Below are positions 23,552 through 40,550 of a stretch of 64,000 nucleotides of DNA, in pieces. The notes under the pieces were generated by a model that saw only the letters and a program-made list of their open reading frames with translations, made no database searches and was not told the origin of the DNA. The number at the start of each line of letters is the position of its first letter. The stretch's first letter is position 1. The position numbers and the translations under genes are program-made. Source of the DNA: Hormiphora californensis (lineage: Eukaryota; Animalia; Ctenophora); assembly GCA_020137815.1 (NCBI GenBank), contig CM035361.1, positions 4,278,001 through 4,342,000 on the forward strand, in the 5' to 3' direction.

Positions 23552-24995
23552 TCGGCATTTCTGCATAAAAGCAAATTCCGGTTGATTTTGGTCAATTCGA
23601 GTATGCTGATCACGACTATAAACTTTTAGTGAACTTTTTCGATGGGGAAAGTGGCTTAATTGGCCTTTATTGGCCTTAATTGTAAATGTGTCTAAAATAT
23701 ATTCTGCCTAGCTCAAAAAATCAGGAAAAATTCACTGATTATTGGAAAAATATTTTCAGATTTTATTTGTGTCGAAAATAGGCGGAATTGGCCTAATTGG
23801 GCATAATTGGGTGTAATTACTAGAATTCAAAATGTATTCTGCATAGCTCAAAAATCAGGAAAAATTCACTGATTATCGGAAAAATATTTTCAGATTTTAT
23901 TTGTGTCAAAAATAGGCGGAATTTGCCTAATTGGGCATAATTGGGCGTAATTACTAGAATTTAAAGTTTATCAAAAATGAGTTTTATACAGCTTAAAAAA
24001 TCGAGAAAAATAAGCTGATTATCAGAAAAATACTATTGGAATTCATTTTTGTCTCAATTAGACGGTAGAGCTAATTAAAAACCAATTAACTCACCAAATT
24101 GATGATGCGCGACATAAATGAGCCTCAGGAATGAGAAATTCAACTTAAAAAGCTAATTTCTTCACTAATGTGTCCCCAAGGGTCTCTCCTAACACCACAG
24201 AAAATCCTAACATCCGGTGCGATCTTTTTCCGGGTCCAAAACTCCGATTTTTACGATTTTCAGTTTCTCGCTCACAGCACATGGTGTGCATGTACAATAC
24301 CCCGGAAATGAACATGTTGCTCCTCGCACCGGATGTTAGGATTTTCTGTGGTGTTAGGAGAGACCCTTGGGGACACATTAGTGAAGAAATTAGCTTTTTA
24401 AGTTGAATTTCTCATTCCTGAGGCTCATTTATGTCACGCATCATCAATTTGGTGAGTTAATTGGTTTTTAATTAGCTCTACCGTCTAATTGAGACAAAAA
24501 TGAATTCCAATAGTATTTTTCTGATAATCAGCTTATTTTTCTCGATTTTTTAAGCTGTATAAAACTCATTTTTGATAAACTTTAAATTCTAGTAATTACG
24601 CCCAATTATGCCCAATTAGGCAAATTCCGCCTATTTTCGACACAAATAAAATCTGAAAATATTTTTCCGATAATCAGTGAATTTTTCCTGATTTTTTGAG
24701 CTATGCAGAATACATTTTGAATTCTAGTAATTACACCCAATTATGCCCAATTAGGCCAATTCCGCCTATTTTCGACACAAATAAAATCTGAAAATATTTT
24801 TCCGATAATCAGTGAATTTTTCCTGATTTTTTGAGCTAGGCAGAATATATTTTAGACACATTTACAATTAAGGCCAATTAAGGCCAATTAAGCCACTTTC
24901 CCCATCGAAAAAGTTCACTAAAAGTTTATAGTCGTGATCAGCATACTCGAATTGACCAAAATCAACCGGAATTTGCTTTTATGCAGAAATGCCGA
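23552..24995. repeat. 1.44-kb near-perfect inverted repeat (foldback)
   Basis: Arms of ~670 bp with internal ~120-bp subrepeats and a short spacer around 24220-24325; no TSD recognised. Confidence 0.9.
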
Positions 24996-26145
24996 AATTT
25001 GGCCTATTTTTTTAGAACTTTTCCTGGACTATTAGTTTTTTGACAATACTGCTGTATTGAACCCACCCTAGTAAAGGTCGCGCGGGCAATTATGGTGAAA
25101 ATTGGCCAATCTACAAACATTAATGCGCGAATCCTCAACAATATTGGCCAATCTTTGCTGGATAGTGGATGCGCAAATATATTGGCCAATCTTCGCTGTT
25201 ATTCAGAACGCGCAATTGTAAAGCCGCGCTAAAACTGTTAAAGCCGCGCAAAATTATTTAAAATGCAAGCCTGAAAGTCGCGTTGGATGCACGGCAACGG
25301 TTACCAGAATGCAAGAAACCTTCTGTGAAACATCTCACCTTCCCTTTCTAACCCTATCGCCAATTGCTACCCCCTTTCCCGTGCTGTAAACCTTTTGTAA
25401 AACATCTTACCTTCCCTTTCTAGCCCTCTCGCCAATTTCTACCCCCTTTCCCGTGCTGTAAACCTTTTGTAAAACATCTTACCTTTCCTTTCTAGCCCTA
25501 TTCTACATCCTTCCTGCAGCTTTCTCTCACCTGTTAATCGTGGTTTCACTCCCCCTTCATGGACACTTAACTTTCTTCTCAATCTGGGCGCTGCTGGATT
25601 TCCTTCTACGACCCTCCTGCGGCTTCCTCTCACCTGTGGTGTTTTCACCTATCTTCCCTGTGATCTTCTTCTCCCTCCTACCGCTTTCTCTCATCTGGTC
25701 ATCATGTTTTCACCTCTCCTTCCCTGGGTGTCCTCCACGAAACTAAATTCAGTTTAGTGTTGAAATTTAGAAGTCAAGTTAGTGAGCGACTATTATTTCG
25801 CTAAACGAAAACCGTCCACGAACAACATGTTTCGGAGCTTGGTCCGATCCACGTGATACTAAGGTGTTATACATGTGATAGAATGCGACACCCAATGGGC
25901 ATGCACTCTCTCTTTTCCATCACGTGAAGGTATCAGCGTGACATACAATAACGTGGAACGTAATGTGTGAATTGAGATAGAGATCCACTGGCCAATCAGG
26001 ACACTTGATTCTCAATGTGCGATAATTAATAGCCAGTGCCACACCTGAGAGGGGGATAACGAGAGGGGCATAATGAAATGGGGAACCGGGAATGAGAGAT
26101 TGGGAGATAGGAGGGAAAGAGATGGAGAATGAGATATGGGAATAA

Positions 26146-26588
26146 GGCCGGGTCCAGACGAGTAGTAGGTAGCTACTATGGTAGGCTACTATGGTAGATA
26201 TCTACCACAGCTATCACTCGTCTGTACACCTATATCTACCATAAGCTACTATGGTAGGCGGTTATAGGTCGAGGTATAACCGCCTACTATAGAGTATAGT
26301 AGCTTACCATGGTAGGCTACTATAGTAGGTGGTCACTCGTCTGTTCACCCTCTGACCGCCTACCATTGTAACTTGTTGTCATATCTTACTGTGGGGCATA
26401 AGAAACTTGATACCCCGATGATTATAACAGAAGTATCATGGTAGATGTGTCAGAGGGTGGCCAGACGAGTGGTAGCTAGCCTACCATAGCAGCTTTGCTA
26501 CCACTCGTCTGGTCAGTTCCCAGCTACTATGGTAGCTTACCATGGTAGCCTACCATAGTAGCTACCTACCACTCGTCTGGACCCGGCC
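26146..26588. mobile_element. PIF/Harbinger MITE
   Basis: TIR GGCCGGGTCCAGACGAGT, TSD TAA. Confidence 0.88.
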
Positions 26589-26644
26589 TAAGTTTGGGAA
26601 AGAGGGGGGAATGAGAGGGGGATAATGAGCGGGGGAGTGAGCGG

Positions 26645-26757
<113 letters not shown>

Positions 26758-27019
26758 TAGAGAGAGAGAGAGAGAGAGCGAGAGGAGAGCCGAGATGAGA
26801 GAGGAGATCGAGAACGGAGAGAGAGAGAGAGAGAGAGAGATTTCAAATAACTTATTTAATCGCATGAACGATTATAGCCGGATTACGGTGGTTTATTTAT
26901 GAAATTCATATAAAGTGTTTTCTAATTTGAAAATGGGGCAGTTCATTCTTATTTTTCGATTGAACCAATCTATTCACTACTGTGCCAATTTCAAAAATGT
27001 TTTTAAAAAATATGGAAAA

Positions 27020-27097
27020 AGGGTCGATGCTCTGGTCTCGAACCCGACGCCCTGAGGGTGACAGACAAGCTGCTATCAACTGAGCCAAATCCGCTCT
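27020..27097 (-). pseudogene. tRNA-derived (SINE-head-like) sequence
   Basis: A-box-like TGGCTCAGTTGATAG, loop CTGTCAC, B-box-like GGTTCGAGACC and then a T-run; the acceptor stem does not pair. Confidence 0.4.
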
Positions 27098-28170
27098 TGT
27101 AATTTTAAATTTTAGTTGGTATATATATCATTTAATTGAATTTTCATATCGGTCATTCAAAAACACCTGAATATTTCTGAGGAAGTTTTAACTCTCCTCG
27201 ACCCAATTTGTGTCTGTCGAGAGAGTCGCTGGGGGCGCAGAGACCGTGGACCGTATTTCGCGAGTACCCTCTGGCCCTGACCTCGTTTTGGTCCCTAAAA
27301 AGGGCGCCATGGGGAGGAAATGGTTCCCGTTATGCTAAAATCAAAATTCCGGGTGTTCTGCAATCCTCTTGGTGTCTACTTTTCAAATCATTCTGATCCC
27401 TAACATCAGTATAGTATCACTGCACCGATAAGACTGTACAGTGTACCAGATTACCGAAAAGTAACATTTCATAATTGGATCATCTCAATTCACATTGCTG
27501 CATGTTATTGAATCTCATTGGAAGCATGTTGCCAGCAAAGTAACATTATTCAAATAGCATCATCGGCTGATCCCTTACCGGGGGATTTGGCGAGCATCGA
27601 GTGGCATAGACGTGGGGCGCGAAACCAGTTATCTTGGGCTGTGTGCGCGCGAAACAGCTGTGAAATTCAGCCATGGCCAGCGAAGATTGGCCAATCTATT
27701 TGCGCATCCAGCGAAGATTGGCCAATATTGTTGAGGATTCGCGCATTAATGTTTGTAGATTGGCCAATTTTCACCATAATTGCCCGCGCGACCTTTACTA
27801 GGGCACTGATCTCAGCACCATTCTTTGTTCATCAATAGAGCTTCAGCTAGTGATCATTAAGCTTTTCAGACTGCCCTGCCCACTAGGGGTTGTCATTGTT
27901 TGGAAAATCGTTTTCGAACATTATGCCTTGTATTCATTGGGTAATTACCTACTTGAATAAAAAGTTTCAGCGCAAACAGTTCAGCCGTTTTGAATCGCAA
28001 GCCACTTTTGTAAATCGAGTATTTTGGTGTGTAGGGCGCAAATTCTTTTCATTTGCGCTGCAAATGGTGCGAGCACACGCGCGCGATTGTTTTTGAAATT
28101 TTTTTTTGAAATTTTTTTTTTCAAATTTTTTTTCAAATTTTTTCCCTGCCCGGGTGAATGCCGAAGGCAT

Positions 28171-28318
28171 GAGGCCCCTCGGAAATGTTCAAGTCATGCA
28201 CAATCAAGTCACGCCCACCAATCACAGCGCAGAACGCGCGAAGCACTCCGCGCGTTCTGAGCTGTGATTGGTGGGCGTGACTTGATTGTGCATGACTTGA
28301 ACATTTCCGAGGGGCCTC
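28171..28318. mobile_element. Small palindromic MITE inserted in a hairpin repeat
   Basis: GAGGCCCCTCGGAAATG...CATTTCCGAGGGGCCTC interrupts GAAGGCAT|TCACCCGG, which is uninterrupted in related copies at ~4790 and ~17550. Confidence 0.75.
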
Positions 28319-28455
28319 ATTCACCCGGATGCCTTTTTACTTTGTAAAAAGGCATAGCAGGGTTAGAATTCGAAAAAGACATTTTGGTATACTAACTAAT
28401 CGGTAGAGGGACATTTTTTGGTCACACTTTCGTTGCGAGGGCAACGGTGTAGCAA

Positions 28456-28827
28456 GGTAGGCGGTAAATGTTAACCAGATCTGTGAGAATTTCGCACGTT
28501 TTTGCCCATAACTCAGCCATTTCTTGACCAATTTGCAAAATCCTTGGCTCATTGGAAAGAGGACATTGAGATCTTTCAAATGAGCTCAAGAAAATGAAAA
28601 TTGGCGCAAATTGCGCGGCGTGGTGGCGAAAACGCGCATTTTGCGCCATGACGCCGCGCATTTTCCGCCGATTTTAGTTTTATTGGGCTCATTTGAAAGA
28701 TCTCAATGTCCTCTTTCCAACGCACCCAAGATCTTGCAAATTGGTCAAGAAATGGCTGAGTTATGGGCAAAAACGTAGTTTTGCACGTACGTTTTCTCTC
28801 AGATCTGGTTAACATTTACCGCCTACC
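28456..28827. mobile_element. MULE-type MITE
   Basis: TIR GGTAGGCGGTAAATGTTAACCAGATCTG; exact 9-bp TSD GTGTAGCAA. Confidence 0.9.
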
Positions 28828-29217
28828 GTGTAGCAACTAGAGCCGCGCGCACAGTGACGAGCTACTCCTTCATCAAACACCTCATTGACACAGTTTGATG
28901 GACGTGTGTGCGCGCGCCACTCAACAAAACATGAAATGCTCTGCCGCGCGTTTCGCGTGTTACATACACATTTTCATCTTGCGAGTCGAGTGTGAGATGT
29001 TAGATAAGTAGTTAAGTTGGAATGTCAAAAGCTGGTTAGCAAGTGTCATGTGATTGGGAGCTAGCTAACTCTAAGCTATGTGAGAAGTATACTGACAGCT
29101 AGATCGTATCCATCTCACATTACATTATGACCAAGCCTTGATCCTGTTGGCAGTGACAATGTCACTGACATGTGAAACGGTAGGGCAGCGAAACACAGCA
29201 TTATGAATACATAATGC

Positions 29218-30124
29218 AATAATTCTTGTTCTCGGCAGATTTTTCCATTTTGTTGGACCGGCAATGGATAACCCTTTTTCAGTGTTTCTGTGTCGCACCT
29301 TCAAGTCTCCATGAATCTTCTCTTCCAGTAGAGTCTTATCGTGATTTGCCCGAAGGTTGACAGATTTCTGCCTACGTTTTTGGATCTCATTGGTAAGGTA
29401 ATCTGGTGCACCCCCATGAACAACTTGGTGCATGACTTGTAGGCAGACTTTAAAATGTATCCTAGTTGTCACTGGCAAAAAGTGGAGCCAACGTCTGAGA
29501 GTCGTTAGGGGGGAGACACACTGAGGTTGGTCGCGCGCGTTCAACTCTCAACCGCGTGAAACACACTGAAGTTTCGCGGTTTGAAGTTTCGCGGAAAAGT
29601 TCGAAGTTTCGCGAAACCCCATTTTCGGCTGAGAAATCATTTGTAAGGTGCTAACTTATTTACTGGTACATCTCTCGAGGTGTCCTTTGTCCATACCGAG
29701 TCAATTTCACCGTTTTTAAAATTTTTGGTGAATTGGGACAACTGTGACCGGATTAGCCAAAAGTTTCAAAAACGGTGAAATTGACTCGGTATGGATAAAG
29801 GACACCTCGAGAAATGTACCGGTAAGTAAGTTAGCATCTTACAAATGATTTCTCAGCCGAAAATTGGTTTTCGCGAAACTTCGAACTTCGAACTTCAGTG
29901 TGAGTCGCGAGGTTGAGATTTGAACGAGCGCGCTCAACTTCAGTGTGTCTCCCCCCTTACTCCTCTTCTCCCTTTCCATCCGAAAATATACCTTGCTGCT
30001 GAGTTTTGAATTTTCTGCAGCCTTTACTTGACACAAACACGATTGTCATTATTCCAAAAAGTTAATTTAAACAAAATGAAGATCTCTGCATTCAACTTCA
30101 AGTAAAACCCAAACTATGAGGCCC
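29218..30124 (-). pseudogene. L2-like LINE 3' RT-tail fragment (inverted copy of 31974-32432) interrupted by a MITE
   Basis: LQNSAAR..LHFLPV..RIHFKV..AP.YL..AGP..W.NLP motifs. Confidence 0.75.
29508..29956. mobile_element. MITE family A copy with an in-window empty site
   Basis: TSD TTA; the paralogous arm at ~32131-32150 has a single TTA and no element. Confidence 0.93.
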
Positions 30125-30585
30125 TGCTGTGTTAACCTCTTTCGGCAATGTGTTCCATAGCCGAGCGGCCCTTACAGCAAATGAGTGGAAGTATTTTGTT
30201 GTGAATGACTTCTGTGCTCCACTGTAAGGGTCAGCACACACCAAAGTTAAAATTAAAATTAAAATTTGACGTTTTTGGTCGTAAGTCTGCCATTTCTTGA
30301 CAAAATTGCTTCATTTATGGCTTGTTGGAAAGAGGGCATCGAGCTTGTTCTGTAGAGCTCGAGAAACTGAAAATCGGTGCAAAGTGCGCGGCGATAAGGC
30401 GCATAATGTGTGCGTTAAAATCTCTAAAATTTTAACGCACACATTTTGCACTGTAACGCCGCACAATTTGTGCGGATTTCGAGTTTCTTGGGCTGTTTCT
30501 TCAAATTTTGGCTGCTTTTTCTTGATAAACTTGATAAACTTGATAAATAAACTTCATTACAGAATCGTAAACGGTGTCAGTCTTT

Positions 30586-31770
30586 TCAGCATCCCCCTTT
30601 AGCTCGAACCTCCAAAACCCAGTCCATGATAGAATTGTTGTTCCGGGTAGAATAACCCTTCACAGGTGGATTGTTAGGGAAGTGGTCCAGCCAACGGCCC
30701 TGCAGGATCTTGAACGTATCTAAGGTCGCTGCTGTGTTAACCTCTTTCGGCAATGTGTTCCATAGCCGAGCGGCCCTTACAGCAAATGAGTGGAAGTATT
30801 TTGTTGTGAATGACTTCTGTGCTCCACTGTAAGGGTCAGCACACACCAAAGTTAAAATTAAAATTAAAATTTGACGTTTTTGGTCGTAACTCTGCCATTT
30901 CTTGACAAAATTGCTTCATTTAGGGCTTGTTGGAAAGAGGGCATCGAGCCCGATCTAAACAGCCCAAGAAACTCGAAATCCGCACAAATTGCGCGGCGTT
31001 ACAGTGCAAAATGTGTGCGTTAAAATTTTAGAGATTTTAACGCACACATTATGCGCCTTATCGCTGCGCACTTTGCACCGATTTTCAGTTTCTCGAGCTC
31101 TACAGAACAAGCTCGATGCCCTCTTTCCAACAAGCCATAAATGAAGCAATTTTGTCAAGAAATGACAGAGTTATGACCAAAAACGTCAAATTTTAATTTT
31201 AATTTTAACTTTGGTGTGTGCTGACCCTTGTGCCATGTCTTCGATCCGTCGTGTAAACTGTCTCTGGATGCTTTCCAGAGCCTGAATGTCACCAATCTTG
31301 TAGGGCGACCACAGAGGTGAGCAGTATTCTACTTTGCACCTTATAAGTGACTTGTAGAGTGTCAGCATAGTGGTTACTGACCTATCTTTAAAAGCTCTCA
31401 GTGCCCAGGCGGCCATCCGTCGTGCTTCTGATGAAATCCTCATTACATGGTCTGTCCAGGAGCCATTGTTTGAGAGAGTGGTGCCAAGGTCTTTCACTGT
31501 AGCTCTTGGCTGTATTTGGTTATCACCTGGAGTCACGTATAAGCTTAACTCATGAGTGAAAGGGAGTTCTCTGAGAAGGGACGTTCTGTTTAGAGTGTAG
31601 TGGATGACCTCGAACTTGTCCTCATGGAGTGTCATACAATTGGCTGCAGACCACTCCACCACACGCTGAAGATCCTCTTGCATTTCTGCTCCTGATTCTT
31701 CCGAGTCGACGCTCTTTTGGAGCTTGGTGTCATCCGCAAAGGTTCTGATTTTGTTGTGGATCACTTCGGA
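30586..31770 (-). pseudogene. CR1-type LINE RT fragment with MITE insertion and local duplication
   Basis: FADDTKL, KDLG, LYKSLIR..EYCSPLWSP and LWNTLP motifs. A GGGTCAGCACACACC palindromic MITE sits at ~30833-31227, and 30125-30345 duplicates ~30729-30950. Confidence 0.85.
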
Positions 31771-31973
31771 AAATTTTTTAAACGCAGCCCTTAATTCGTT
31801 CACAAACTTAACTGTAAATGTTGTGAAATGGTTTTGGGACTCCTACATGCGTATAAGCCAATGACTTAAGTAAAGCCCAGACAAAAATGACCGACCTACA
31901 ATTTAAAGTCCGATAACTGATGGGTTACAGACTATATCGACCGTCGATAAAAAATATCTCAAGGAGGGACGAG

Positions 31974-32432
31974 GGCCTCATAGTTTGGGTTTTACTTGAA
32001 GTTGAATGCAGAGAATCTTCATTTTGTTTAAATTAACTTTTTGGAATAATGACAATCGTGTTTGTGTCAAGTAAAGGCTGCAGAAAATTACAAAACTCAG
32101 CAGCAAGGTATATTTTCGGATGGAAAGGGAGAAGAGGAGTAACGACTCTCAGACGTTGGCTCCACTTTTTGCCAGTGACAACTAGGATACATTTCAAAGT
32201 CTGTCCTATAAGTCATACACCAAGTTGTTCATGGGAGTGCACCAGATTATCCTTACCAATGAGATCCAAAAACGTAGGCAGAAATCTGTCAATCTTCGGG
32301 CAAATCACGATAAGACTCTACTGGAAGAGAAGATTCATGGAGACTTGAAGTTGCGACACAGAAACACTGAAAGAGGGTTATTCATTGCTGGTCCAACAAA
32401 ATGGAAAAATCTGCCGAGAACAAGAATAATTG
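31974..32432 (+). pseudogene. L2-like LINE 3' RT-tail fragment
   Basis: ORFs 32049 and 32225 carry the same motifs as 29218-30124, frameshifted. Confidence 0.75.
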
Positions 32433-32638
32433 CGATATGGTGTTATATTGCCTGGTTTCCCCGCCAAGCATGTGATCTGGCATGTACCAGTTGCCACACC
32501 TGCTTCTAATTGGGCACTGATACGTGAGCCGGTATAGCTAATAGCTTTCTGATTAGACTCCATTGCTATGTGCTATCCCTATTCCATATTTCGGTTCACT
32601 AGTCACTGTGTTATGTGTAATTATCTTTGAATTATAAT

Positions 32639-32707
32639 TTGGTGATGAGATCGCGGGCTTCGTTGCCGCGCTTCGCGCAGCCTGTGTAGGGGTGGCCGCG
32701 TCACCAA
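32639..32707. mobile_element. Tiny (69 bp) TIR element, second copy
   Basis: Exact 9-bp TSD AATTATAAT; body matches 4056-4131. Confidence 0.8.
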
Positions 32708-32798
32708 AATTATAATATGTTTATTTGTTTTGTTGTGATTTGTCAGATTTTCAGTTTCTAATTCAAACCCAACTTTTCCACTAGTGTAATAGTTTCAC

Positions 32799-33870
32799 CA
32801 TGCCTCCTGTAAGGAACCGCTCCTCTCCGTTTACCTTCCTTCCGCTGAGGAAATGGACAATTTTGTAAACTCTACTGTTTCTCAGAGCACCGTTAAAAAT
32901 GGCCGTTGGGCTAAAAGACGATTTGATCTGTACTGCCAGGATTTGTTTCTGACTTTAGTATTGAATCCTCCACATCTGCACAACTGGTTACATTACTGAA
33001 GGGATTTTTCCAGACCCTGAAAAAACCTGACGGATCCGACTATGAGTTATCCTCGGTGTACAGTTAATACTTTGGCCTCAAGAGGCATTTAGCAGAGTGT
33101 CACACAGTGTTTTCTCCCGAACAAGACCGTGAAGTCCGGCTACATATCCAATCACTGTGCAAAACACTCAGGAGAAAGGGAATGGGGACACAACCCAATA
33201 AAGCGAGCCCTATCACCGCTGAAGAATTCCAGTTGCTGTTTACAGACGTCGCAGGGGGACACTCTCCCGCGCCTTGAGAAATGCAGTAGTGCTGTTTGCT
33301 ATTTGCTTGGGGAGGCGAGCAAGGGGGGAACTCAGGGCCACATGTATAGGGGATTTTTCGATTGAATTTATAGACGGTTATCAGTATTTGACCTTATCAA
33401 AAGATCGAGTATCTAAAATGAGGCAGGGATTAGAACCTCGTGACGTTCGACATGGGATAAGCAAGCTAGCCGCTACCGGCGGTGAGGATTGCCCGGTCAC
33501 TTTGTTTATACTCTACAGATCAAAGAGGCCAGATTCTACACCGGACAGTCCACTCATTGTCATGACTGAACGTGCACTGAAACAACCTGACCCCCGGAAT
33601 GTCGAAGAATCGACGGAAAACTGGTACACGGAGCATCCGATAGGGTCGAACCTCATATCCGCGATGGTGAAGGAGATGGTGCTGACTGCAGGAATAGACG
33701 TGACGGGGAGAAATATCTCCAACACATCCATCCGGAAAATGCTAGTTACGACGCTTCCCGGTGGAGTATTGTCTGCACCACCCGCACAGTCGTGTTCCTC
33801 TCACTCTGCAACCATGGCTTACACTGGCGGCCGTTCCTCTTCCTCACTTCAGCACTATGACCCGGTATGA
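32799..33870 (+). pseudogene. Crypton-type tyrosine recombinase (DUF3504-like) relic
   Basis: KKPDGSDYE, G-R-R..E, K.RQG, CPV.LF..Y.SKRP, WY...PIG.N.I..M.K, N-T-S-I-R (for NHSxR) and TGG(R)S..SL.HY (for GHxS..SL..Y); the 5' part is frameshifted. Confidence 0.78.
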
Positions 33871-34288
33871 GAGGGGGCTCGATTCTCCATTAAATTCTTA
33901 AATCCACAGTGCATACACAATGTGTTATTACACATTCTACACTACACAGGGAATGTGCAGTGCACATTGTGCACTGTGCAGTGCTTATGTTTCATAATGG
34001 TGTACTTCCCTGGCATTTGCTTCTAATAGCTTCTACTCGACTAAAACTGACGGTGGTAGATATTATTATGGGGGATCACCCCAACTGTACCAGACATCCA
34101 TGACCCTAATCAGAACCGACCGAATCAGGAATACTGGTCCCTGATGCTGATACAGTCACGTGACCTAATAGCGAGCTCTATTGTTTACGTTCGGTCGTTC
34201 TGCCCTAAATGCCCCTAAGTGTCACATGGGAAAAACACCCCCTACCCCCTTTGATTTTGACAGTTAGGGTCCTCCTCTAACTGTCTCA

Positions 34289-34603
34289 GGCGGGAGACAC
34301 ACTGACATTGGGCACGCTCGTTCGAAGTTTTGCGAAAAAGTTCAAAGTTTCACGAAAATCGATTTTCGACTAAGAAATAATTTGTAAGAGGCTAACTTAT
34401 TTATTGGTACATCTTCGAAGTGTCCTTTATCCATACTGAGTCAATTTCACCGTTTTTGAAATATTTTGGCTAATCCGGCGCACCGCAAATTCACCAAAAA
34501 TATTAAAATTCACCAAAAATATTAAAAACGAACTTCGAACTTCAGTGTGTGTCGCGAGGTTGATATTTGAACGAGCAGGCTCAACTTCAGTGTGTCTCCC
34601 CCC
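34289..34603. mobile_element. MITE family A, internally deleted copy
   Basis: Same TIRs, TSD TCA. Confidence 0.8.
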
Positions 34604-35079
34604 TCACAGCCCAAATTTTGGGACCCATCCCCCCTATTTTCCGAAAAATCCCACTTTTTTGACGTTTTGGGCAACATCTATTATTATCTGCCACAGACAC
34701 CCAAAAGTTGGGACCCATACCTATTTTTCCAGAAAATTTCAAATTTTGACAGTTAGATGTCCTCTTCTGAATGTCTCCTTACCCCAATTTTTGGACCCAC
34801 CCCAAATATAGTGCACGCAGGACCTGTCAGTGTGATGACTGACCAAAATCACGCAAAAATTAGTCACCGTGGCGCCTTCAGGACCCAAAATTCCAAAATC
34901 TTAACTGTCCGGGTCCCTTTGGGGCCCCTACACCCCCATAATTTTGACAGTTAGGAGAAATCCCTAACTGTCTGGGTCCCAGATTCGGGACCCACCAACC
35001 CTAACCATCATGAATGTCTGATACAGTTGGGTTGACCCCCCCCCCCCAAATATTTACCTCTAGAGTGTTTTATTCTCAG

Positions 35080-35617
35080 GAAGACATAGGAAAAGTACTA
35101 CAGTTGGTCCGAAAGGTCGTGACGTCCAATGAGAAAATGGAACAGGATATGAGAGAGGTCATTGGGTACCTTAGGGACGCTCGTGAACAGATTGATGATT
35201 TGCAAAAGCAAAACGAGGTGCTTACGCGTAAAGTGGATGGTAAGAAATTAGTTCACGGGATAATTGGTTTGATAACAGTTAACAGTGTTGAAGATTAATC
35301 TCAAGTCGAGCAACTACCCTACCCCTCATCTACTCCATCTCTCAGCAACCCTACCCCTCATCTACTCCATCTCTCAGCAACCCTACCCCTCATCTACTCC
35401 ATCTCTCATTTACCCTACCCCTCATCTACTCCATCTCTCATTTACCCTACCCCTCAATTACCAACAATTCATTTTCCTCAGCTCTATCGACAGATGGCCT
35501 TTTCGCGGGAGCTGTACTCCAACCAGTGAAGGCTGAACCAAACGGAGATGATGACCATTCGTAAAGAGTTACAGGACACAACTGCACTCACCATGAGTTT
35601 CACCGGTATGTACATTT

Positions 35618-35654
<37 letters not shown>

Positions 35655-36020
35655 GCAGAGAGGCAGGGAAAAAGATAGAAACAGATTCCTCGATTTGCGA
35701 TCGATACGATCGCCCCAGTTTTACTATAAGTACATACATTCAATTACTCACACATAACCACATTCAGTGTCGGGATGAAGAGAAAGTTTGGAGAGGATGT
35801 CTCAAAGAAGAGGCTTTTCCGCGATCCTATCGGTACCTCACCAAGACAGCGAGGATTGGACACAGTCAAGTGCCTGATAATGGCTTTTTTGAGCGGCCAC
35901 ACGCTTCTCTATATGAAGCAGTTTGGAGCAGAGAGAGAGAGTATGAGGTCTATCGATGAGTATGAAGTTGCGCTTGCCACCGAAAGTGCTCAACCGAGTA
36001 TGAGCTCTATCGATAGGTAG
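35080..36020 (+). pseudogene. Possible decayed spliced gene (coiled-coil-like exon)
   Basis: AG/GT-bounded segments at ~35080-35239, ~35483-35606 and ~35768 onward, with repeat-filled introns; the frames do not join cleanly. Confidence 0.3.
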
Positions 36021-36659
36021 CTATCCTGGGTAAATCAGCACGGCTGAAAGATTCAGAGACTTTCCGTTCAGTGTATGTGGCTCCTGATAAAACTTTAGAG
36101 GAGAGAGGAGAACACTAGCTGCTAACTTGAGAGAGAGGAGAGAATCAGAGCCAGAGAAAGTTTGGGCTATTCGACAGGGGTCGGTTTTGGAAACTGATAA
36201 CACTGAGAGTGATTCTGATGTGTCAGAGGTCAGAGTTGAGAGAGAGAGAGTGAGAAATTCGATATTCTTCATTCTTCTGCCTATTTATATGTATTCACAC
36301 TCCATTTATATGTATTCACACTCCATATTCCACAATTCACATCCTTTTGATTTTGAAATCGAAAGGGGGAGAAAGTATTTTGAGAATTTGAGAGTTCATC
36401 TAAATTAACTTGTTTAAAAAAGTAAAATACTGAGTTTAAATGTTTCAGTTTTACAAATGTTCACATTTGATTGGAAGAAAAGGATTAACAGAAAATGGCC
36501 CATCGCCCAGACTTACATAGAACACCAGGGATCGTTATTCGTTATGTACATCCTAGCGGGATGCATAACCATCGTACTAAAAAACTAATACTAGACTACT
36601 AGGCGTGTCCAGGGTGTGTAATGTGTATACTGCGTAAATATATAATTGTGTATTGTACA

Positions 36660-40110
<3,451 letters not shown>

Positions 40111-40550
40111 AATCATAATCATATACTGTAAATGTACGGCAGCTGACACATGTGCGTAACGCGCGGCAACAGCTGACGCTTAACAAATACAATTGTAAGT
40201 ATAAGTCTTCATGTTTGGCAGAAACGCGCGCAGCAATGTCCACTGTTATACATACAAACAGCCAAAACCTGCAGATTGCAGTGGACCTGGATGGGGGGGG
40301 CGTCACCTTTTTTTTTGCCCACTGCCCACATTATTCTTCAATTTTGAATTTGCCCACATGGGCAAAAGTGGGCAAAAGTGGGCAAAAGTAGGCAAAAGTA
40401 GGCAAAAATAAAAATTTATACTTTAGGCAACAATAAACATTATAAATAGTGTTATCGGTATTATCTGTTTGTTTTCATTGTTTACGACATGCATATTTTA
40501 CACAAGAATGCTATTTTTAACCAAATGTTATATAATAGCTAAGTCATATC

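Noticed and set aside
27020-27097. Functional tRNA-Asp gene
   Set aside because: A/B-box-like motifs are present but the stems do not pair; kept only as a tRNA-derived relic.
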